A DNA stretch of 49,361 bases from a virus (taxonomy: Duplodnaviria; Caudoviricetes): positions 1-49,361 of the IMG/VR virus record IMGVR_UViG_3300014885_000004; one strand, written 5' to 3'. A program made the translations under genes and the position numbers. Below are positions 25,349 to 32,454 of this stretch, piece after piece. The notes beneath the pieces were generated by a model. That model saw nothing but the letters and a program-made list of their open reading frames with translations, was not told the origin of the DNA and did not search any database. Each line of letters opens with the position of its first letter. Positions within the stretch are counted from its first letter, which is position 1.

Positions 25349-26383
25349 ATGAACCCACCCGAACGTCCTACCCGGTACTCCAAGCTCACGAAACGCGGGT
25401 CGCACGTCCTCAGCCACTACGTCATGTGTGAGGAATACTTCCACCTGCGGCACCTGGAGGGCCTCTGGCCGCGCGGGGTAGCCTTCAACCCACTGTTCGG
25501 CTCCGCGTGGCACAAGGTGCTGGAGATCCACTATCACCGACGAGCCTTGGAACACACGGCTGGCAAGTCCCTCCCCGCCTTCCCTGAGGAGTTCCGCCCC
25601 GGCATCTCCATGGACCCGTACGAGCACGCTCTCGCGGCAGGGAACGCCGTCCTGGGTCCCCTGCTCCAGTCCGAGATCACCGCGGACCGGTACGAGTATG
25701 GGTGCTCCCTGCTCCGGTCGATGTACCTCGCGTACGTCGACTGGTTCGCAATCGAGGACGCCCGGGACGAGCAGTATTTCCTGGAGGATGATCCTACACG
25801 GCCTACGATCGAGGTGCCCTTCGAAATGCGTCTGTGGGGAGCGTACACCTTCACCGGCACCATCGATCGGATCATCCGGCGATCCGGGCTCCTGGTGGTC
25901 CAGGAACACAAGACCACGACTCCCCAGGGCTTGAAGTTCCTCGCGGACCAGTCTCGCATGGACAAACAGTTCACGGCGTACCACTTGGGCTGCGCTGCTG
26001 TAACCGGCATCCGCCCGGATCACGTGGAGCTCAACGCGGCGCCGAAGGGAGCCGACCCGGACTTCAAGAGGATCCCGATCACCCGTACCCCGGAGGAACT
26101 GGAGGCCTTCGCGGGGGACGTGGCCGAGCTACTCGCGAGCATCGACCACCGGGTGCAGCTCTGGGAGGCCGGCCACCCGGTCCGCTGGCTCCGCACGGGG
26201 GCCTTCAACGGCTCCTGTGTCTCGTACGGGTCCCGGTGCCCGTATATGAGCCTGTGCAAGAGCCCAGGGCAACCCCTCAGCTACTTCAACCTGGAGTCGC
26301 TCTTCCACGTGGAGAAGCCGGAGGAGCGCTTCGACCCGGACACTTATTACAGCAGCGGGGACGCTGCAGAGGAGACCACGTGA
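25349..26383 (+). CDS. Cas4-like PD-(D/E)xK exonuclease
   Basis: GSAWH, IEVPF, GTIDRI, EHKT, QFTAY; N-terminal Cys plus C-terminal C..CPY..LC. Confidence 0.85.
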   Translation: MNPPERPTRYSKLTKRGSHVLSHYVMCEEYFHLRHLEGLWPRGVAFNPLFGSAWHKVLEIHYHRRALEHTAGKSLPAFPEEFRPGISMDPYEHALAAGNAVLGPLLQSEITADRYEYGCSLLRSMYLAYVDWFAIEDARDEQYFLEDDPTRPTIEVPFEMRLWGAYTFTGTIDRIIRRSGLLVVQEHKTTTPQGLKFLADQSRMDKQFTAYHLGCAAVTGIRPDHVELNAAPKGADPDFKRIPITRTPEELEAFAGDVAELLASIDHRVQLWEAGHPVRWLRTGAFNGSCVSYGSRCPYMSLCKSPGQPLSYFNLESLFHVEKPEERFDPDTYYSSGDAAEETT

Positions 26384-27123
26384 CCTTGGAGATCAACCAA
26401 CCCACCGAGGGCGGGATCGACTATCGTGGGGGCGGCTACCTGATCTACGGCCCCTCGGGCGCAGGTAAGACCACGCTCGTGGGAACCCATCCGTCCATCC
26501 TCTCCCTGTACACGGACACCAACGAACTCTCCCTGCACCGGATCCGGAAGCCCTGGATCCGCATTCGTGACTGGAGGCACTTCGAGGACACGCGGTTCGA
26601 GATCGCTGCGGCCCTCACCCAGGGAGAGTTCCCCTACCAGGCGATTGCGATCGACACGATCAGCAACACGGAGGGGCTGCTCATCAACGGCCAGCTCGGG
26701 AAGAGCACCGCTACGTTGAACGATTGGCCCCGGCTGATCCCACCCTGGCGGGATCTGATGAACGCCTTCCTGAAGTTCGCCAAGGTAGGCGAGTATCAAC
26801 AGACGATTTCGGTGTTCCTCCTCGCCCGGGAGCAGGTCGTGATCGCGGAGGCCGACGGGAGCAAGGAGGTCTACCCGGAAGCCCCGGGGAGGAAGCTCCC
26901 CCAGGAGGTCTTCGCGTGGGTGGACGAGGTGTTCCATCTGGAGACCGTCACGGAGTTCGAAGGGAACTCCCAGGTCCGGAAGCGGTACCTGGTCACGTCC
27001 AAGGAAGGCTCGTACAACGCCAAGGACGGGTCCGGGTGCCTGGAGCTCCGCGAGCCCTTCGTGCTGGGAGAGCCCACGCTCTGCCAGATCCACGAGAAGA
27101 TTGTCAAGTCCCTAGCCGCGTGA
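26380..27123 (+). CDS. Sak4-like AAA ATPase / single-strand annealing protein
   Basis: YGPSGAGKTT, IAIDTIS and YNAKD; next to the exonuclease and SSB. Confidence 0.85.
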   Translation: MTLEINQPTEGGIDYRGGGYLIYGPSGAGKTTLVGTHPSILSLYTDTNELSLHRIRKPWIRIRDWRHFEDTRFEIAAALTQGEFPYQAIAIDTISNTEGLLINGQLGKSTATLNDWPRLIPPWRDLMNAFLKFAKVGEYQQTISVFLLAREQVVIAEADGSKEVYPEAPGRKLPQEVFAWVDEVFHLETVTEFEGNSQVRKRYLVTSKEGSYNAKDGSGCLELREPFVLGEPTLCQIHEKIVKSLAA

Positions 27124-27172
27124 CCGGGGAGGTTCCTCGGCGCGCAACTCCCAAACGAATGGAGATGTGTGC

Positions 27173-27604
27173 ATGCACCAGGAAGATGAGATCATCGATG
27201 TTGGCGTGTCCTTCGACGATGTGGAGGAAGGAACAGACTTCCACCCGCTGCCGAACGGCACTTTCATGTTCGAGACCAGCGGTCTGAAGACCGCCCGGGC
27301 CTCGAAGACCAACAACCTCTTGCTCCGTCCAGTGATGAAGGTCCTCAACCCGCCGAAGGATGGACTCCCGGCGGGGAAGCAGTGGGGAGCGTATCACCAG
27401 ATCACGGTCTCCCCGGAGTCCATGTTCCGCGTGAAGCAGCTGTACAAGGCCCTCGGCCTCAAGTGGCAGGGGTCCAAGCTGAACATCGCGGAGCTCCGCC
27501 GAACGCTCGAGACCAAGAAGCGCATCCTGGCCGACGTGGAGCAGGAGAACTACCAGGGCAAGCTCCGCGCCAAGTCCACCAAGCTCACCGCGGCTCCGCG
27601 GTAG
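27173..27604 (+). CDS. Putative ssDNA-binding protein (DUF669-like)
   Basis: FHPLPNGTF, KQLYKALG, ENYQGK; follows the Sak4-like gene. Confidence 0.65.
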   Translation: MHQEDEIIDVGVSFDDVEEGTDFHPLPNGTFMFETSGLKTARASKTNNLLLRPVMKVLNPPKDGLPAGKQWGAYHQITVSPESMFRVKQLYKALGLKWQGSKLNIAELRRTLETKKRILADVEQENYQGKLRAKSTKLTAAPR

Positions 27605-27616
27605 GAGGTACCCGCA

Positions 27617-27838
27617 ATGAAGATCCGCCTAATGGAAGTCGACAACGGAGAGATCCGGACCATCGAGGTGCCCGACGGCAGCCGGTGGAAGGTCCGGGGG
27701 AACGAGCTCGTGTCCCTGCAGACGGGGGTCCCCACCCTCATCTTCAACGAGGACGGAGCGCTCACCGGTGACAAGGCCGGCGCGGCCCCCGCCACGGAAC
27801 CGGTCGGTGACACCGGCTCCGATCCCCTGGACGGCTAA
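27617..27838 (+). CDS. Hypothetical protein
   Basis: AGGAGGT SD. Confidence 0.7.
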   Translation: MKIRLMEVDNGEIRTIEVPDGSRWKVRGNELVSLQTGVPTLIFNEDGALTGDKAGAAPATEPVGDTGSDPLDG

Positions 27839-27974
27839 CCCCGAGGGAGGGTGGCTCGTTCAGTGAACGATGCAACCTCCCGGTGGGAGGGGACCCCGGT
27901 TCCCTCCCACCCCCACGGGGCTGCCGCCTTTCGCGGGTTGCATCGGGACTGGACGGGTCGCCCTCCCTCGGGGT
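27838..27974 (+). ncRNA. Candidate structured RNA (long stem with branched top)
   Basis: ~27-bp outer helix with 4 G-U pairs, a 10-bp second helix and an inner hairpin. Confidence 0.6.
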
Positions 27975-28050
27975 AGGTCGTGACCAGCCAGCCGCGAAGC
28001 GGCGGCGAGTACACCGGTCTTTAGGTGGCCCGGCACCTAGGAGGTACGTA

Positions 28051-28437
28051 GTGGGCAGGAGTAGGAGACGGTACACCCTACCGAAGGCGGGGCGGCGCTA
28101 CGTCCCCGCTCCCGGGCCGGTGCGTGTGGATCTTAGCATCCGTACCCTCAAGCGCCAGGTGCGCATGCTCTTCGATAACATCCTCATACGTAGGGATTTG
28201 GACCCGGATCAGATCGGGAGCATCGTGGTGCCCGACACTGCGAAGGAGCTCCGGCACACCGGGACCGTGGTCGCCATCGGGGAGTCCGTCACGGCTGTGA
28301 AGCCCGGGGAGCGGGTGATCTTCGGGAAGTACCAAGGCTTCGACATCACGGTGAACGGCCAGCCCTTCCTTTGCACCACCCAGGGCTACCTCATCGCGAT
28401 CGTGAAGGGAGACGTGGAAAGTGGCCGAATCGATTAG
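28051..28437 (+). CDS. groES: Co-chaperonin GroES-like protein with N-terminal extension
   Basis: LFDNILIR, IVVPDTAKE, GTVVAIG, VKPGERVIFGKY; AGGAGGT SD at GTG 28051. Confidence 0.9.
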   Translation: MGRSRRRYTLPKAGRRYVPAPGPVRVDLSIRTLKRQVRMLFDNILIRRDLDPDQIGSIVVPDTAKELRHTGTVVAIGESVTAVKPGERVIFGKYQGFDITVNGQPFLCTTQGYLIAIVKGDVESGRID

Positions 28438-30070
28438 CTCCGTGACGTATGACGAGCCAGCGTTCCGGGAGCGGGTACGCCTGTCCCGCTATGCGTTCCA
28501 CCCGGAGGAGACCTGGAAGGAGATGTGTATCCGGGTAATGAACGAGGTCACCATGCGCGCCTCGGCCCCAGAGCACCCGGAGGTCCTGGAGCCGACATTG
28601 GCCGCGCTCGAGGAGCGCCGATTCATCCCGGGTGGGCGCACCCTCCACGCGGCGGGGAGGCCCCATCCACAGCTCCTGAACTGCTTCGTGGTCCCCATCG
28701 ACGACACGATAGAGAAGTGGATGGAGGCCCTCACGGAGACGTGCCTGGTGTCCTCCTCCTACGGCGGGGTGGGCCTGAACTTCTCCCGGGTCCGAGCCTC
28801 CGGGACCCCCACGTCCCGTGGACCGGCCGGGGGCCCGTTGATGCCCATGCGGATGATCAACTACTGCATTGGGGAGCTCGAGCAGAGTGGAGGCCGGCGG
28901 GGCGCGCTCATGTTCGCTCTCGACCATGATCATCCGGATATCCTGGACTTCATCTCCATGAAGGACCGGGATGGGGAGGTCCGCAATGCGAACATCTCTG
29001 TCAACTTCCGTAATGAGAGTCTGCGTAGCTATCTTCGCCGGATGGACCGGGGCGACGATCGGCTTTGGCGTGCTCTGGTTGATCATGCACTGCTCCGCGG
29101 GGAGCCCGGGATCCTCAACGGAGCCCTTGCCAACGAGGAATCCGGTATCTGGTATTACCGTCCTCTCATCTGCACCAATCCCTGTGGAGAGATCTGGCTG
29201 GAACCCTACGGGTGCTGCTGCCTCGGCCACATCGTTCTCCCGAACCTCGTCCGGAACGGGGCGATGGATCTCTCACTGCTCCAGGAGACCGTCCGGGTGG
29301 GTGTGCGCTTCTTAGATGACGTGCTCACCGTGAACAGGTATCCGCTCCCGGCGATCGCCGAGAACAGTCAGAAGGTACGCAGGATCGGGCTCGGCGTCAC
29401 TGGCCTCCACCACGCGCTGATCAAGCTCGGCCGGCGGTACGACGACCTGGAGACGATCGATGCCCTGTTCCAGGAGATCCGAGACACAGCCTACCAGGCG
29501 TCGGTGGACCTGGCGAAGGAGCGCGGCCCCTTCCAACGGTGGGACACGCGCTGGCTCGCCTCGGGGTTCGCTCAGAGGCTCCCGGAGCGCCTCCGGGCCC
29601 AGATCGAGCAGCACGGGCTTCGCAACTGTGCGCTGCTCACGGTAGCTCCCACCGGGACCGTCTCCTCGATCCTGGGGGTTTCCCCCGGCATCGAACCGAT
29701 CATGGGCCGGGTCTACAACCGCATCTGGCGAGAGAACGATCATTGGGTATCCGTCCGTTGTGAGGATCCACTGTGGAAGGAGTACGCTGGTGAATCCGAG
29801 AATCGCGATTTCCGAGAGGCAAGGGAGATCCAACTTGCGTCGCATCTGGCTGTGCAGGCAACTGTACAGAGGTACGTTGACAATTCCGTATCCAAGACTG
29901 TCAACGTACCTGGAGGACTGGATCCTGCGGAAGTGGGTCGTATACTTAGCGTTTACGCTCCGATGCTCAAGGGAGTCACCCTCTATCCGGAAGCGTCTCG
30001 AGAAGGAACTCCTTTCACTTCTGCAGATTGTCCCGATGGATCCTGCGATCTGGAGAGAGGAGATGGATAG
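28421..30070 (+). CDS. nrdJ: Class II (AdoCbl-dependent) ribonucleotide reductase
   Basis: FIPGGR, NCF, RRGA, TNPCGE, CCLG, RRIGLG, VAPTGT, VSKTVN, C-terminal CPDGSC; no beta-subunit gene. Confidence 0.9.
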   Translation: MAESISSVTYDEPAFRERVRLSRYAFHPEETWKEMCIRVMNEVTMRASAPEHPEVLEPTLAALEERRFIPGGRTLHAAGRPHPQLLNCFVVPIDDTIEKWMEALTETCLVSSSYGGVGLNFSRVRASGTPTSRGPAGGPLMPMRMINYCIGELEQSGGRRGALMFALDHDHPDILDFISMKDRDGEVRNANISVNFRNESLRSYLRRMDRGDDRLWRALVDHALLRGEPGILNGALANEESGIWYYRPLICTNPCGEIWLEPYGCCCLGHIVLPNLVRNGAMDLSLLQETVRVGVRFLDDVLTVNRYPLPAIAENSQKVRRIGLGVTGLHHALIKLGRRYDDLETIDALFQEIRDTAYQASVDLAKERGPFQRWDTRWLASGFAQRLPERLRAQIEQHGLRNCALLTVAPTGTVSSILGVSPGIEPIMGRVYNRIWRENDHWVSVRCEDPLWKEYAGESENRDFREAREIQLASHLAVQATVQRYVDNSVSKTVNVPGGLDPAEVGRILSVYAPMLKGVTLYPEASREGTPFTSADCPDGSCDLERGDG

Positions 30071-30771
30071 TGCAGCCCCAAACATTACCCGTCACTGAGC
30101 TCTTCTACACGATCCGGGGGGAGGGGTACTGGAGCGGCACCCCCGCGACCTTCATCCGACTCGGCACCTGCAACCTAGCGTGCCCGGGCTGCGACACGGA
30201 GTTCAACAACTGGGCCTGGATGTCGTTCACTGAACTGGAAGCGTTCCTGACCCGGACCGGCTGCGATGACGTGGTAATCACGGGAGGTGAGCCCCTCGTC
30301 CACGCCCGCAAACTGTCGGAGTTCCTAACCGCCATCGGGAAGAACCACATCTACGACGTCCAGATAGAAACGAACGGGACGCGGCCGCTAGGTCCACTCC
30401 GCACCCTGATCAGTCCCTGGCTCTGGATCACCGTCTCCCCAAAGGTGGGAGCGCCCAAGGCCCTCCGCCCCCGGTTCCAGGGAAACGTCCCGAGACCCGG
30501 TACAGAGGTAGTCCTGAAGAACCTCTCCGAGGAGACCCTCGAGTTCGCCTCGGAACTGAAGTTCATCGTGGGCGGAGGCATGTACTCCCCCGTCGCCCTG
30601 TGGGAAGCGATAGGGCCTAAGGGAGGGGCGCAGACCCCACTCGTCTACCTGCAGCCGTGGATGGATGACCAGTACCAGGATAACCTGGCCACGGCTATCC
30701 AACTTGTCAAGGAGTACCCAGACCGATGGAAGCTAAGCCTGCAAATGCACAAGGCGGCACATATCCGGTAG
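30070..30771 (+). CDS. queE: 7-carboxy-7-deazaguanine synthase (radical SAM)
   Basis: IRGEG, CNLACPGCDT, ITGGEP, IETNGT, TVSPK, YLQP and LSLQMHK. Confidence 0.95.
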   Translation: MQPQTLPVTELFYTIRGEGYWSGTPATFIRLGTCNLACPGCDTEFNNWAWMSFTELEAFLTRTGCDDVVITGGEPLVHARKLSEFLTAIGKNHIYDVQIETNGTRPLGPLRTLISPWLWITVSPKVGAPKALRPRFQGNVPRPGTEVVLKNLSEETLEFASELKFIVGGGMYSPVALWEAIGPKGGAQTPLVYLQPWMDDQYQDNLATAIQLVKEYPDRWKLSLQMHKAAHIR

Positions 30772-30773
30772 AC

Positions 30774-31484
30774 GTGACGGAGGCGGACCTGCAAATGGCA
30801 GCGGTCACCATCCTCGCGTACGCCGGGATCACGCCGTATATCCGTGTAACTCCAGGGGGCGTCCTTCCCGATGCCCGTCCGGGGGCCATTGTCTGGACGA
30901 GCGACATGCCTACCCTGGAATACCACGGGTACCACCCCCCGTACCAGGAGACCCCGGAACGGTTCGCCCGGGCCCTCGCGGAGATGCTCCGTGGGCACCG
31001 GGAGCCGCCTCCGGCTCTGACCACGTTCCCGTATGAGGGCCCGCCGCAACTTGTGGCCAGCTACGGCAACCAGGCCTACTGCCTGTGCCCTCACCACCTG
31101 CTGGCTGTGGAGCTGATATGTTCAATTGGCTACGTCGTCGCAGGCGAACCTGGTGGTTCCGAGACGAGGAGGGATTCATCTGGCCTGACGAGCCAGGGTA
31201 CCTCGGAGTACGAGTCGCCCGTTCCCAGGATCCTGGGACTCTCAAAGATCCCACGGCTTATCCGGTGGGCGGCATCCAGGCTCATCACCCAGGAGGACTT
31301 GGTAGCGGACCTCCATCGTATGGTCACCGAGTCAACATCGAGCACGGACGTATTCATCCACATCAAAGGGAGTCACTCATGTATGAGAGCGAGGGGCGCG
31401 AGGAGCAACGGCCTAGTGGAAACGTTCCTGGGAGCACCCAGCTCACCCTGGAAGGACCAGTTTCTCCACGGCCTACCTACCTGA
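30774..31484 (+). CDS. folE: GTP cyclohydrolase I
   Basis: ETPERF, CPHH, GLSKIPR, TQE and HSCMRARG. Confidence 0.88.
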   Translation: MTEADLQMAAVTILAYAGITPYIRVTPGGVLPDARPGAIVWTSDMPTLEYHGYHPPYQETPERFARALAEMLRGHREPPPALTTFPYEGPPQLVASYGNQAYCLCPHHLLAVELICSIGYVVAGEPGGSETRRDSSGLTSQGTSEYESPVPRILGLSKIPRLIRWAASRLITQEDLVADLHRMVTESTSSTDVFIHIKGSHSCMRARGARSNGLVETFLGAPSSPWKDQFLHGLPT

Positions 31485-31789
31485 CGGAGGACTCGTTCAA
31501 GGAGGTCCTCGCAGAGATCCACGAGCGGTGCTTCCTCGGCAAGGGGGTCGAGCGCCACGCGGACGGGGGGGATTTCAGGTCCCACGACTTCTGGGATTTC
31601 TTCCGTCAGGCAGGGCACGGATTCGCCCACGGCCAGGTACTGAAGAAGGTGAAGGAGTTCCGGCGTATCGCGGACTCGGGAAGAATCCCGGTCTGGCCTT
31701 CTAACACCACCGGCGCCGACCTCGAACTCGTGGATGCCTGTGTGTACCTGGTGGCCATGATCCTCTGGCACAGGGAGACCCAGCTGTGA
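31379..31789 (+). CDS. Putative all-alpha (MazG-like) nucleotide pyrophosphohydrolase; start uncertain
   Basis: GKGVERHA, GFAHGQVLKKVKE, LELVDACVYL; between folE and queD. Confidence 0.45.
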   Translation: MYESEGREEQRPSGNVPGSTQLTLEGPVSPRPTYLTEDSFKEVLAEIHERCFLGKGVERHADGGDFRSHDFWDFFRQAGHGFAHGQVLKKVKEFRRIADSGRIPVWPSNTTGADLELVDACVYLVAMILWHRETQL

Positions 31790-32214
31790 AGATCTGCAAG
31801 ATCCTACGCTTCGAGGCTTCCCACGTGCTCCCCAAGCACCCGGGGAAGTGCTCGCGCCTGCACGGTCACAGTTACATCCTCGAGGTCGAGGTGGAGGGGG
31901 CTGTGAACCCGGACACGGGGATGGTGCTCGACTTCGCGACCCTCTCGGACCTGCTCCAGGACCACGTCTTCTCGGTGCTCGACCACCGGCACATCAACGA
32001 GGTCTTCATCGGCCTCGGCTGGCCTGGAGAGACCACCGCGGAGAACATCGTCCGGTTCGTGTGGTCCCAACTGGAGATGGGCGTGCGGCGCAACGGGGCC
32101 TCCCTGCTCCGGGTACGTCTCTGGGAGACCGCGACCTCGTTCGCGGAGAAGAGCTTCGACGACGAGGTGTTCGTGAACGAAGAACCCACACAGGAAGGAG
32201 GTGATCAACCATGA
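31786..32214 (+). CDS. queD: 6-carboxytetrahydropterin synthase
   Basis: FEASH, CSRLHGHSY, GMVLDF, LDHRHIN, TAEN and LWET. Confidence 0.96.
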   Translation: MKICKILRFEASHVLPKHPGKCSRLHGHSYILEVEVEGAVNPDTGMVLDFATLSDLLQDHVFSVLDHRHINEVFIGLGWPGETTAENIVRFVWSQLEMGVRRNGASLLRVRLWETATSFAEKSFDDEVFVNEEPTQEGGDQP

Positions 32215-32366
32215 GCAGGCTTTCACGTGCCAAGACCGGCTCCAGCCCGCACTACAGCGGGAAGGTCCGGTCGACCGTGAAGAGCAAGGCGCCGTCCAAG
32301 GCGCTGCACCGGGGCGGCTCCGCTGACGGAGCCACCAAGGGGGGCTCCAGCTCCCACGGCTACTAG
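32211..32366 (+). CDS. 51-aa basic Ser/Gly/Lys-rich peptide (not in ORF track)
   Basis: AAGGAGGTGAT SD; ATGA overlap; MSRLSRAKTGSSPHYSGKVRSTVKSK... Confidence 0.6.
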   Translation: MSRLSRAKTGSSPHYSGKVRSTVKSKAPSKALHRGGSADGATKGGSSSHGY

Positions 32367-32454
32367 GCAACCCGATCACCACTCAGGGGGAGGACTGTAC
32401 ATCCTCCCCCTCCTCCTTGGAGGACACCATGTTCCCGTTACGTGGAGCTCGACC

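Noticed and set aside
25349-26383. Cas4-like gene as part of a CRISPR system
   Set aside because: No repeat-spacer array or other cas genes seen; context is the exonuclease-Sak4-SSB recombination module
27838-27974. Cobalamin or preQ1 riboswitch, SRP RNA or 6S RNA identity
   Set aside because: I could not find the conserved cores of these classes; kept only as an unknown structured RNA
30774-31484. QueF or QueF-like call because of the CP motif
   Set aside because: CxHH, GLSK and HxCM..RG are FolE signatures; the QueF motif is absent
24628-32214. que genes as auxiliary genes for tRNA queuosine synthesis
   Set aside because: No QueF/QueA or tRNAs seen; replication context and the DpdA-like gene favour DNA modification, though this is unproven
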